Assembly (NCBI GenBank): GCA_021850625.1 | Contig: JAJZLJ010000023.1 | Location: 10,219 to 74,218, forward strand | DNA from: Candidatus Micrarchaeota archaeon | Lineage (GTDB): Archaea > Micrarchaeota > Micrarchaeia > Micrarchaeales > CABMGC01 | Direction of reading: 5' to 3' | Length of the DNA: 64,000 nucleotides | Made by a program: the position numbers and the translations under genes | The notes under the pieces: generated by a model | Told to the model about the DNA's origin: nothing | Database searches by the model: none | Seen by the model: the letters and a program-made list of their open reading frames with translations, nothing else | Shown: piece by piece, positions 48,610 to 57,867 of the stretch | How positions within the stretch are numbered: position 1 is the stretch's first letter | How the letters are laid out: the number at the start of each line of letters is the position of its first letter

Positions 48610-50115
48610 TTAAAACCCGTTGAACTCAATCTCATTCATAATTCCTGTTTTTGTTTCATATACTGGTAATATCGATGGCGTAGGTAAATGCCCTAATTTT
48701 ATTTGATAATTTGTTCTAGCCTGCCAAGTTCCACTATTAATTATACGTGTTCCATGATATTCCGAGATACCATTTTTATGCACATGCCCCATATGCAATA
48801 TATCTGGTACCTCATTCATAACAAGAGGGTCACTTTTTCCAGGATTTATTGGATTATCTCCATAAATTGGAGAAAAGTGTCTTCTTTTAAGTACCTCAAT
48901 CATTGCCGTTTCTGGTTTAAAATAACTACACCCACTTATATTATGTATAACAGAGTCTAGAGAGGTTCCGTGATAAGCAAGGACCTTAATGCCATTTATC
49001 TCAACGGTAGAAGGACTTGTAAGAAAATTTACATTCTCTTTTTTAAAATCGCCTATTATATCATTGCTAAGTATAGGCTGTGGATCAGCCCTTTGTACTG
49101 CATCATGATTTCCAGGTATAACAAAAATTTTTATGTAATCTGGTATCATTTCTATATATCTAAAAAAAGTTGAGTATTGTTTATAAATGTCTAGAATATT
49201 CAACTCCTTATCCTGTTCTGGATATATGCCTATACCATCTACAATGTCTCCTCCAAAAACAATATACTTTACCTTGGCAGCTATATTTTTCTTATACTCT
49301 ACATTTCCGTTAAGCCACTCTATGAATCGCATAAATTCTTTTTCGAGAAAAAGTTTGCTGCCTACATGTATGTCTGAGGTAAATGCTATGGCAAGATCCT
49401 CTTCTGTTTGTTTTATTTGGTGTATTGGCACATCTGGGAATAATATTAAATTTGCTATTACAAACGGAGAAGAAATTCTGCCCTTTATTGCTATTACCTC
49501 ATCTGTAATTATTTTTTTTGCAGATTCAAAAGCGTCTATCAAATCTTTTCTGCCATTTTTTTCAGGTTTTATAAAAAGTATTTTTGCTGCTCCTTCTTCA
49601 TCTTCTATATTAAGCAATATATTTCCTTTTTTAGTTATTATTTTATCATTTACTATTCCTACGACACTAATCTCCTTTCCATTAGTATATTGAGAAATTT
49701 TATCTGTTGTTATTATCATACCTGTATTTCTTCTATATGAGAGTATTTCCTTAAGTTTCCTAAAACGGTCATTAAAGTAACTGGTAAAATCTCCTATACT
49801 AGTTCCTGTCTTTTCAACGCGTGCAACCTTTATTTTATAATTAGCGTCAACTTCCTTAGCTAAAGATTTGAAAGATAACGGCTGTAAAATCTCAACCACA
49901 TCAGGTTTTTTATCGTCTATGGTCTTCATTATCTCTAATAATTTGTTTCTGTCAAGAATCTTTATCCCTTCTATGCCTTCAAAAGCCCCAACAACTTTTG
50001 AGTATATCTCTTCAATCTCGTATTTCTCAATGTCCTTTTCTGTTATATCGTTTGAAATTATAACTATGCCGTTAAGCCTTGAAGCAAGTTCAGTAAGAGT
50101 TCTTAAATTTTCCAT
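48610..50115 (-). CDS. DNA polymerase II (PolD) small subunit DP1 (calcineurin-like phosphoesterase)
   Basis: FTSDIHVGS, FGGDIVDG, PGNHD, YHGTS, HMGHVH motifs with an OB-fold region before them. Confidence 0.9.
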   Translation of the reverse strand: MENLRTLTELASRLNGIVIISNDITEKDIEKYEIEEIYSKVVGAFEGIEGIKILDRNKLLEIMKTIDDKKPDVVEILQPLSFKSLAKEVDANYKIKVARVEKTGTSIGDFTSYFNDRFRKLKEILSYRRNTGMIITTDKISQYTNGKEISVVGIVNDKIITKKGNILLNIEDEEGAAKILFIKPEKNGRKDLIDAFESAKKIITDEVIAIKGRISSPFVIANLILFPDVPIHQIKQTEEDLAIAFTSDIHVGSKLFLEKEFMRFIEWLNGNVEYKKNIAAKVKYIVFGGDIVDGIGIYPEQDKELNILDIYKQYSTFFRYIEMIPDYIKIFVIPGNHDAVQRADPQPILSNDIIGDFKKENVNFLTSPSTVEINGIKVLAYHGTSLDSVIHNISGCSYFKPETAMIEVLKRRHFSPIYGDNPINPGKSDPLVMNEVPDILHMGHVHKNGISEYHGTRIINSGTWQARTNYQIKLGHLPTPSILPVYETKTGIMNEIEFNGF

Positions 50116-50383
50116 TTAAATCAATACGGCAAGCAATAGCACTACATTATCTTCAAATTAATATTTAAAAATTATGTAAAATAAAAGGAGATACTGTGCA
50201 TATCTAATTATCTATTTCTTGTTACGCCACTGAAAGTATACATCTATATAATATGAATATGCTTTAACGCAATTTACATAAAATAAACATTAATTTTTAT
50301 TTAAACGATTTGCCACAAAGAAACCTTGTAACTGTGCTTAGAAATATCTTATTAACCTGCTATATGCTCTGAGTTCTTATCAT

Positions 50384-50656
50384 TTATTGATCTTTAATTG
50401 ATTCAAGCATGCTGAGTATATTCCAAATCACTGTCCTTGCGTATGGTGGTAGATTTATATCGTTGCTTATTTCATCTATCTTATACGTCGCGGTAGATGA
50501 TCTGACCGAATAGCTATCTTCCTTCTTTTCAAGCGCTTTCTTTGCTTCATCTATAGCTGCTTTTACATTTCTAGGAACGCTATTGTCGTTCAAAAGTACC
50601 TCTATTTGTTGTTTTATTTGCGTTATTGATTCCTCAAGATTTTTATCTTCTGCCAT
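50384..50656 (-). CDS. UPF0147-family small protein
   Basis: NSVPRNVKAAIDEAKKAL...IDEISNDINLPPYARTVIWNILSMLE pattern; 90 aa. Confidence 0.55.
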   Translation of the reverse strand: MAEDKNLEESITQIKQQIEVLLNDNSVPRNVKAAIDEAKKALEKKEDSYSVRSSTATYKIDEISNDINLPPYARTVIWNILSMLESIKDQ

Positions 50657-50673
50657 ATCTTCACCTATTAAAA

Positions 50674-50770
50674 CGGGCCCGGCGGGATATTCAAAACTAT
50701 TATTAGTTTTTTTGAACCCGCGGCCATCAGATTAGAAGTCTGCCGCTCTATCCAAGCTGAGCTACGGGCC
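50674..50770 (-). tRNA. tRNA-Arg(UCU) with a 23-nt non-canonical intron in the T-loop
   Basis: Minus-strand read: gggcccg-ta-gctc-agcttggata-gagc-g-gcaga-cuUCUaa-tctga-tggcc-gcggg-[ttcaaa + 23 nt + t]-cccgc-cgggccc-g. The insert contains the hairpin aaaacta-ataa-tagtttt. Confidence 0.8.
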
Positions 50771-50778
50771 CTCCTATA

Positions 50779-51552
50779 TCATACACCAAAGTAATCTTTA
50801 ATAGTTTCTGTTATACTATCGCCTATACTGGTTATATCTTTATTCTTTATTTTTGCTATGTTTTCTATAGTTTTAATCACATCACATGGAGTTTTTCCAA
50901 CAGCAGGAAAATCAGTTTCACATACGATACTTTCAAGATCAACTGCAGCAATAACCCTTTTAAATCTAGAAGATTCTAATGGAGGTATTGATATTAAGTA
51001 GCCGTTTTTTTCAATTCTTTTTGCGTCATCTTCATTCCCTTCAAAGAAATGAAACATAGCACTCTTAACTCCTTTTTCAAAAAGAATACTCTCCACACTC
51101 TTTAACATACCTCTTGAATGTATAACTACTGGAATATTTTGCTTTACTGCAATATCTAGTTGTTTTTCAAAACAAAATCTTTGTTTATCTATCGGTACCC
51201 TATCAATTATTTTAGAGTCAAGTCCTATTTCACCAATACCAATTACATTTTTTTCTAACAGCTGTTGAAGTTTATCTATGTTTTCACAGTCATAAAGTGC
51301 GGCTTCGGGCGATATGCCTATAACCTTTAATACTGATTTATGATCAAGTTCAAGCTCTACTACTTTCCTTGAGCTTTCAAAATCAACAGCAGTGTCAATG
51401 AGTAAGCCTACTTTGCATTCTTTAGCTTCACTCAAGGTCTTTTTGGGATTATCAGACATATATAAATGACAATGCGAATCAGAAAACAAGGCTCTATCTA
51501 AATTATCTAGACCTTTACCTTTGATAGTTGAGTATATCTGTTGATTAATCAT
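50779..51552 (-). CDS. TatD-family metal-dependent hydrolase
   Basis: FSDSHCHL, GEIGLD, VVIHSR, MFHFFEG, ETDFP motifs. ATG at 51552 preferred; the ORF is open to 51642. Confidence 0.75.
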   Translation of the reverse strand: MINQQIYSTIKGKGLDNLDRALFSDSHCHLYMSDNPKKTLSEAKECKVGLLIDTAVDFESSRKVVELELDHKSVLKVIGISPEAALYDCENIDKLQQLLEKNVIGIGEIGLDSKIIDRVPIDKQRFCFEKQLDIAVKQNIPVVIHSRGMLKSVESILFEKGVKSAMFHFFEGNEDDAKRIEKNGYLISIPPLESSRFKRVIAAVDLESIVCETDFPAVGKTPCDVIKTIENIAKIKNKDITSIGDSITETIKDYFGV

Positions 51553-51758
51553 AATTTTCCCATATTTAATTATTATTATTCTATTTATTATTATATTGTG
51601 GTTATATTTTATTGTTATTATCTTTTTTACGACATGAGGCATTATTGGAGCATAAATAACTCAAATAACCCACCTAATTTAATAGTATGGTTTTATATAT
51701 TAAAAAAATCATAATATATGCTACTTAAAAGGTATTATTTATATATGGTGTAAGTTCG

Positions 51759-52856
51759 ATGTCAGCCAGAATTAAAAACAACAATAAACACACAATTATT
51801 ACATATGCTACTTTCTTGATAAGTGTAGTTGCACTTATACTCGCTGTACTTGCGTACACTCATGTTTCGCAGAAGATAATATACTCAAATCAAACAAAAA
51901 TAATTTATATAAATTCTACCAACTCCTCAGCATCACTTAAAACTCTAAATCTTACACATTTCAATGTTACTTCTCAATTAATAAAACCTCAGCAAGAGTT
52001 TCTTCCTGCATATCCGATTATATCTGAAAATCAATCTTTTGGAAATAGGCTTACAAATATAAACAAGCCTCTCAACACAACAGAACTTTCAATAATCAAT
52101 AATGCACCTAACGCTTACTTTGAAATAGCAGGTAATATGCTTATAAATGGCAGTATAGTTAATACCGTATCGGCAAAACCTAATAAGGTGCCACCATTTA
52201 TTGTTAACGGAAAACCAAGCGTAATCTATCTAGGTTCTATAACATGTATTTTTTGCGGAGAAAATAGATGGGCAATGGCACTTGCACTTTCAAGATTTGG
52301 AAACTTTAGCAATCTTTTTGAAGGATATAGCGCTTTACAAGACAGCGACGTGCCTACAATTTACTGGTCACCATCCCATTACAATACCTCAACAGTGGAT
52401 CTAGGATCTTATTACACTAGTAATTATATCAATTTTATAGCTATAGAGGATACCTCTCCAATAACTGGAGGATTTGTAGTCCAACCTATCTTAACAATGC
52501 AGCAAGAAATAAATGCTTCTGGAAATCTTGCTTATATTGATGCGTTTAAATTTATTGAACAGATTAATAATTTTCAAGGAACGCCTTATACTATTTGGGG
52601 TACTGATCAGATTGGTGGAGCAGACGCAATAGATTTTGGCAATACTCCTCCTACATCAAGCGCAAACCTTCCACTTGTAAATATGTCTCATAGACAGGTT
52701 TTACAACAGCTTGCTACGTTTAATGATCAATTCTCTCAAACCGAGTATGCTGCTGCAGATTTGTATGTAGCTATGATATGTAGCGCATTGAATAATACCG
52801 CACCAGTATGTTCATTATCCGCAATTCAAAAGATAGAGACCACAAACAATTATTAA
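51759..52856 (+). CDS. DUF929-like signal-anchored extracellular protein
   Basis: N-terminal TM, then GSITCIFCGENRWAMALALSRFGNF (the C-x-x-C..RW..AL..FG signature I associate with DUF929). Many N-x-S/T sequons. Confidence 0.55.
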   Translation: MSARIKNNNKHTIITYATFLISVVALILAVLAYTHVSQKIIYSNQTKIIYINSTNSSASLKTLNLTHFNVTSQLIKPQQEFLPAYPIISENQSFGNRLTNINKPLNTTELSIINNAPNAYFEIAGNMLINGSIVNTVSAKPNKVPPFIVNGKPSVIYLGSITCIFCGENRWAMALALSRFGNFSNLFEGYSALQDSDVPTIYWSPSHYNTSTVDLGSYYTSNYINFIAIEDTSPITGGFVVQPILTMQQEINASGNLAYIDAFKFIEQINNFQGTPYTIWGTDQIGGADAIDFGNTPPTSSANLPLVNMSHRQVLQQLATFNDQFSQTEYAAADLYVAMICSALNNTAPVCSLSAIQKIETTNNY

Positions 52857-52893
52857 TTAACTTAATTTACATTTTATATTTAAGTGTGATTTT

Positions 52894-53706
52894 ATAACAG
52901 AAAAAATATTATCTAAGGACATAACTTATTCCTCTGGAGGATATGAAATTTCAGCATATCTTACCTATCCCGAAAAAGGAACAAATCCTGCAGTTATATT
53001 AATTCATGATATTTTTGGTCAAAGTAAGCATATGCGTGATGTATCAGCAGATTTGGCAAAAGAAGGTTATGTTGTCCTTACACCTAATTTATACTCTTCA
53101 GAACACTTTTCAAACATACTTACTCCTGAAAATATAAAAGAGGCAATGTCTTTTATGTTTTCTATACCTCTTGGGAAACAACGTGATCCTGATTATCGCA
53201 CTGCAGCTCTAAACAAGTTAGAACCAAAACAAAAAGAAACAATAGTCTCTGTTTTTTCAAAACTAATTGAAAATAGACCTGTAGACGAATTTGTTGATTA
53301 TCTTATCTCTGGAATAGATTATTTATCATCTACGAAATTAACCTCTGGTAAGGTAGGTTGTTGGGGCTTCTGTTTTGGAGGAAATATCTCCGCTAATCTT
53401 GCTTGTACTGGCAAAATTGATGCTGCAGTAATATTCTATGGTGAAAATCCTCCTATAGACAAGATAAAAAATATAAACGGAGCTATTCTCGGAATTTATG
53501 GTGGAGAAGATATGAGAATAAATCAAACACTAGATGTGTTTGTCAAAGAACTCGTATTGACAAAGAAGGAGTTTGATATAAAAGTTTATCCTGGAGTGCA
53601 TCATGCGTTTTTCAATAATACTACTGAAAAAACATACAATAAGGCAGCCGCACAAGATGCATGGACTACTGTATTAACATTTTTTGATAAAAAGCTAAAG
53701 AAATAA
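52894..53706 (+). CDS. Dienelactone hydrolase family protein; start uncertain, proposed ATA at 52894
   Basis: ITYSSGGYEISAYLTYPEKGTNPAVILIHDIFGQSKHMRDVSADLAKEGYVVLTPNLY, GCWGFCFGG, HHAF. The frame is open from 52861. The first canonical start is ATG at 53032, inside the conserved fold. GTG-N5-ATA lies at 52886-52896. Confidence 0.7.
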   Translation: MTEKILSKDITYSSGGYEISAYLTYPEKGTNPAVILIHDIFGQSKHMRDVSADLAKEGYVVLTPNLYSSEHFSNILTPENIKEAMSFMFSIPLGKQRDPDYRTAALNKLEPKQKETIVSVFSKLIENRPVDEFVDYLISGIDYLSSTKLTSGKVGCWGFCFGGNISANLACTGKIDAAVIFYGENPPIDKIKNINGAILGIYGGEDMRINQTLDVFVKELVLTKKEFDIKVYPGVHHAFFNNTTEKTYNKAAAQDAWTTVLTFFDKKLKK

Positions 53707-53765
53707 TTATTAATAAATATTTACAAAACATAAAACATTAAATAACATACTGCTGCTTATTTTTA

Positions 53766-54275
53766 ATGTTTATTATGGAACTGCAATCATCTTTAGAATT
53801 TCTAGATACTTACTCGTGGTTTTTCATAGTAGTTTTAATTCTAGCAGTAGTTCTTTTGGTCTTTTATTTAGTACAAAGCTCACAGAATTCCTATTCTTAT
53901 TGTGCCATAAACTCACAATTTCAATGTAAAAATGCTTCTGTGCTAGTCACATCCTCAGGATCCATACTCTTATTCAAGATACAAAATCTGCTTAGCACAA
54001 CAATAAGTTTTTCAAACGACAGCGTAGAAGCTTTTCCTGAATTCAATAATGTTTCTTACTATGGTTCCTGTCTGCCTACTCACGTAGTTCCAAATCAATA
54101 TACTCTCTGCAGTGTGTTTATAAATAATTATACTCCTTCTGTGGGATCGCAGATAAACTCAAGGTTCAATATCTTTTATGGCATGTGTACAAAATGTACT
54201 GCTGCATCATTTAAAAATTATGTAGTTTCCGGCACTATAACTGTAGACGTATCATCAATTCCACCTCAAAGCTGA
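53766..54275 (+). CDS. Class III signal peptide (type IV pilin-like, DUF361-type) protein
   Basis: The N-terminus MELQSSLEFLDTYSWFFIVVLILAVVLLVF shares QxSxEFLxTYxW + hydrophobic helix with the 12398 protein. The Cys-containing beta-rich remainder carries N-x-S/T sequons. Confidence 0.55.
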   Translation: MFIMELQSSLEFLDTYSWFFIVVLILAVVLLVFYLVQSSQNSYSYCAINSQFQCKNASVLVTSSGSILLFKIQNLLSTTISFSNDSVEAFPEFNNVSYYGSCLPTHVVPNQYTLCSVFINNYTPSVGSQINSRFNIFYGMCTKCTAASFKNYVVSGTITVDVSSIPPQS

Positions 54276-54473
54276 TATTAACATTATGGGTAGGAAACTC
54301 CACATCATTTATGTGTGGTATGAAAACGAACCATACAAATAAGGCACATAGATCTTCTTACCAATGAAAAAATGTATTATTATTTGATTTATTGTAAGCT
54401 TTAGATAATTACTACATATTATTCTATTGAAGCTAATAACTATATTTCTTTCATAGTCATTATTATTGGTATT

Positions 54474-55463
54474 ATGCCGGACAATCGTGTAACTATACAT
54501 AAAAAAATCATAAAAAAACAAAAAATTATAACTTCAAGCAAAACATCAAATAAAACAAAAATTGCCCAAAAAATTTCATATAACGATATAGAAGAATTCA
54601 TAATCTCTGAAATTATAACTCAAAAAATTAAATCTTCAATAAAACTCCCAATAAATACTATTATTTTTAATCTAACCGAATCTATGAAAAAACTCTCTTA
54701 CAAGCAAGGATACTCGATAGGGAGAATTATCTACTTAAACTATGGAGATACCGATAAGTTGCTTGATTTTATTGAAAGCGGTGGAATAGGAAATCTTTTT
54801 TATTATCCATACGGTGATCTTTCTATAATAAAAACCCGTTCATTACCATCAATTAACTGTGGTGCAAACATACATTTTTATGAGGCTGGAATAATGGCCG
54901 GGTACTTCTCCGCATATATGGGTAAAAATCTTAATGTTATAGAAACAAAATGCGTTAATAATGGCGCTTTGGAATGTCAATTCAATGTTTCTTCAAGCCT
55001 AATAGAACCTCAATTCTCTAAAAAATTAATAATATCTCCAGTTTCTCTTATATCGCAAGCACTAAACTCGTTACAGGACAATTCTGTTTGTTCATCTTAT
55101 ACTATATTATCTTTCTTATCTATTTTACAATCAAAAAATATATTACATAGCCTTTCAAAATTATTATTTGTATCTGGGTATGAATTTTCAAATTACTATA
55201 CTTATAAAAATTTTGACGAGGGATTATCAAAAATATCTCAATATATAGGGGTGCAAATACAAAAACAGCCAAAAAACACTAAAGCCAAAAAGTATATATA
55301 CATAAAATACAACAAATACAACTCAATACAGGAGTATGTAACACTTACCTCAAATATTTTCATAGGCTTTATAAAAGGAGTTACAAAAAAAGAAGCGTTG
55401 ATTAACATAAATATTAATAAAGATAGTGTGTATATACTTAAAATTAATCTTGGAAGCACATAA
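54474..55463 (+). CDS. V4R-domain-containing protein
   Basis: NCGANIHFYEAGIMAGYFSAYMGKNLNVIETKCVNNGALECQFNV matches the V4R C..G..G...E.kC...G...C.F pattern. K-rich N-terminus and unknown C-terminal half. Confidence 0.5.
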   Translation: MPDNRVTIHKKIIKKQKIITSSKTSNKTKIAQKISYNDIEEFIISEIITQKIKSSIKLPINTIIFNLTESMKKLSYKQGYSIGRIIYLNYGDTDKLLDFIESGGIGNLFYYPYGDLSIIKTRSLPSINCGANIHFYEAGIMAGYFSAYMGKNLNVIETKCVNNGALECQFNVSSSLIEPQFSKKLIISPVSLISQALNSLQDNSVCSSYTILSFLSILQSKNILHSLSKLLFVSGYEFSNYYTYKNFDEGLSKISQYIGVQIQKQPKNTKAKKYIYIKYNKYNSIQEYVTLTSNIFIGFIKGVTKKEALINININKDSVYILKINLGST

Positions 55464-55478
55464 CCCTTCGGTGGATAA

Positions 55479-56948
55479 ATGAAATTAGAATCATTAGACG
55501 GAATACTTAAACTTATACCATCAATTAAAAAACCGGCACATCCATTATCCTTTAAGGATAAACTTAAGTGGACTGCCATAGTTATAGGTATTTACTTTAC
55601 AATGTTTAGTATACCAGCTTTTGGAGTAAACTCTTCAACACTCAACAGCTCAATCTTCCAAGTAATTAACATTATCTTTGCAGCTAGGATAGGCACTCTT
55701 GTAACTGTAGGAATAGGTCCAATAGTTCTTTCTAGCATTATACTACAAATGCTTCAAGGAACTGGAGCTTTAAATATAGATCTTAATAATCCGGAACAAA
55801 AAAGCAGGCTTCAAGGCATACAAAAAATAGCTGCAATGGTAATAGCGGTAATAGAAGCAGCAATATTCACATCAACAACCATCTCGCTTACAAGCAGTTC
55901 ATTCTTTTTGATAGTGGTGCTACAGCTTGCAATAAGCGCAATAATAATCATATACTTAGACGAGATTATGGTTAAGTATGGCATAACCTCTGGTATAAAT
56001 CTTTTTATAGCCGGAGGGGTTGCATACGCAATAGTTGCTGGTACAGCTTCAATCTTAATCCCTGAAGCACAAACATCAATATTAACTGCAGGCGCCACTG
56101 CAATTCCACAAGCAATTCTTGATTTCGGGCCTTTGTTTTTTGCAATAATAATATTTCTTATAAGTATCTATATTTTAGATATGAAAATAGAACTTCCTTT
56201 GGTATTTAGCCAGTTTCGTGGAGTAGGTGGACGTCTTCCACTTCCATTTCTATATGTCAGTGTACTTCCTGTAATATTAGCAACTTCTCTAACGGTAAGT
56301 CTTGGGGTGTGGCTGCGTATAAGCGCTACCTATAGCGGAGCCGGCACTAGTTTAATACACTTTTTTGCTTATTATACAAATCAATCCAGCACCAGCGGCA
56401 CAAGCGGTGAGGTTCTTAGCGGAGGGCTTGTTTATCTAATGCAGCCACTTAGCTTTTTACCCTATTCTACAAAATATGACGGTGTAGGCGGTTATGGAAA
56501 TTATTTTTATATACTTGCAACCCAAACCTCCCCTCTATATCCTCCGTGGGGCGGAGCTCCACTTTTAATTCCAGAGTGGATTCATTTCTTAATTTACATG
56601 TTTATACTTGTAGGGCTTTGTGTTATTTTTGGTAAATTCTGGGTTGAGATGACTGGACAGAGCGCTAAACATGTTGCCGGTCAGCTTCAAGAAGTAGGCT
56701 GGCAGATTCCAGGCTTCAGGCGTGATCCTAGAATGACCGAGAGCGTACTTCAAAAGTATCTTCCCACTATAACTATTCTTGGCAGCATAGCTGTCGGTCT
56801 TCTTGCTGCGTTTGCAAGTTTAACCGGAGCAATGGGCAACGGAATGGGTATTCTTCTAACAGCAGGAATTATGTATGGAATATACCAGCAGCTAAAGAGT
56901 GAAAATATGATAGAAAGTTATCCGGCATTAGACCGAATACTTTCGTAA
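55479..56948 (+). CDS. secY: Preprotein translocase subunit SecY
   Basis: LSFKDKLKWTAIVIGIYFTMFSIPAFGV, GIGPIVLSSIILQML, a 10-TM layout, and IPGFRRDPR. Confidence 0.9.
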   Translation: MKLESLDGILKLIPSIKKPAHPLSFKDKLKWTAIVIGIYFTMFSIPAFGVNSSTLNSSIFQVINIIFAARIGTLVTVGIGPIVLSSIILQMLQGTGALNIDLNNPEQKSRLQGIQKIAAMVIAVIEAAIFTSTTISLTSSSFFLIVVLQLAISAIIIIYLDEIMVKYGITSGINLFIAGGVAYAIVAGTASILIPEAQTSILTAGATAIPQAILDFGPLFFAIIIFLISIYILDMKIELPLVFSQFRGVGGRLPLPFLYVSVLPVILATSLTVSLGVWLRISATYSGAGTSLIHFFAYYTNQSSTSGTSGEVLSGGLVYLMQPLSFLPYSTKYDGVGGYGNYFYILATQTSPLYPPWGGAPLLIPEWIHFLIYMFILVGLCVIFGKFWVEMTGQSAKHVAGQLQEVGWQIPGFRRDPRMTESVLQKYLPTITILGSIAVGLLAAFASLTGAMGNGMGILLTAGIMYGIYQQLKSENMIESYPALDRILS

Positions 56949-57660
56949 TATGTCATTTTCTATTTTTTATTTTATTATTTTTTATAATTTTTTGAGTAAG
57001 TAATATTATTTCCTGCTAAATAACTTTCTATTAAGTTACATAACTGTCGTAGTTGCGTAAAAGCAATTTATACCTACATTCTCTATTATTATGGGATTTG
57101 TATGGTTTTTAGCAAAACAAGTATTGGGCATACTGTTTATGTGGGCGACAGTGACACTAAATATGAGCAAAATGAGAAACAGAACACTATCAAAGAAAGA
57201 CAGCGATTGCTTTTTGATTTCATGCATACATTAAGAGGTTCAAATCCTGTAAATTTAAGGTTTCCATTAATTTAATTATGTGAAAATAAGAGTTACGGAT
57301 CTATTTTCTTGGATAGCATTTACAAAAAAATCTTTGCTAAAAAAGGAACAGAGTATTTGTCTATAGAAGACGCTGCTACCTTTATTTTAATCTATAATAA
57401 TAGAAATATTTCCAAAAAAACAAAACGAAGTATGAACTCTTTTCTTAGCGTCTCAAAAGATCCATTAATAAATGAATTGAATCTTCCATTATTCAATGCA
57501 ATAACTACAATGCGCAATTAGATCTTGTATACTTATCATGATACATTCAAAACCTACTTTAGTTTTAATAGAAAAGAAATACTAAACTCTTTAATTACTG
57601 TTGTGAAAAGCAGATATTAGATTTAATAGAAAGTCTTTTTAAAACCAACGTTTATATATT

Positions 57661-57855
57661 ATGCGTGATAGTTTGAACTTCAATATATTTTCAAGGCTTA
57701 AGATCTTTTACTCAAACTCAAAGCATGTTATGAGCGTAAGTTATAAGCCAGATGTCGATACCTTCAGGAAGACTATAAAAGTGGTTCTTTTAGGAACTCT
57801 TTTGCTTGGTGCTATAGCCTTTATCATATCCTTAATTATAGGTTTTATAGCTTAG
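57661..57855 (+). CDS. secE: Protein translocase subunit SecE/Sec61-gamma
   Basis: 64 aa. SVSYKPDVDTFRKTIKVVLLGTLLLGAIAFIISLIIGFI matches the KP..eEf + single C-terminal TM pattern. Confidence 0.6.
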   Translation: MRDSLNFNIFSRLKIFYSNSKHVMSVSYKPDVDTFRKTIKVVLLGTLLLGAIAFIISLIIGFIA

Positions 57856-57867
57856 TTTATTGTTTTT

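Noticed and set aside
57036-57521. Small ORFs 57036-57227 (-), an overlapping 47-aa plus-strand ORF (MGFVWFLAKQ...) and 57309-57521 (+)
   Set aside because: The first two overlap each other on opposite strands, so they cannot be discriminated. None has motifs or clear translation signals. Left unannotated.
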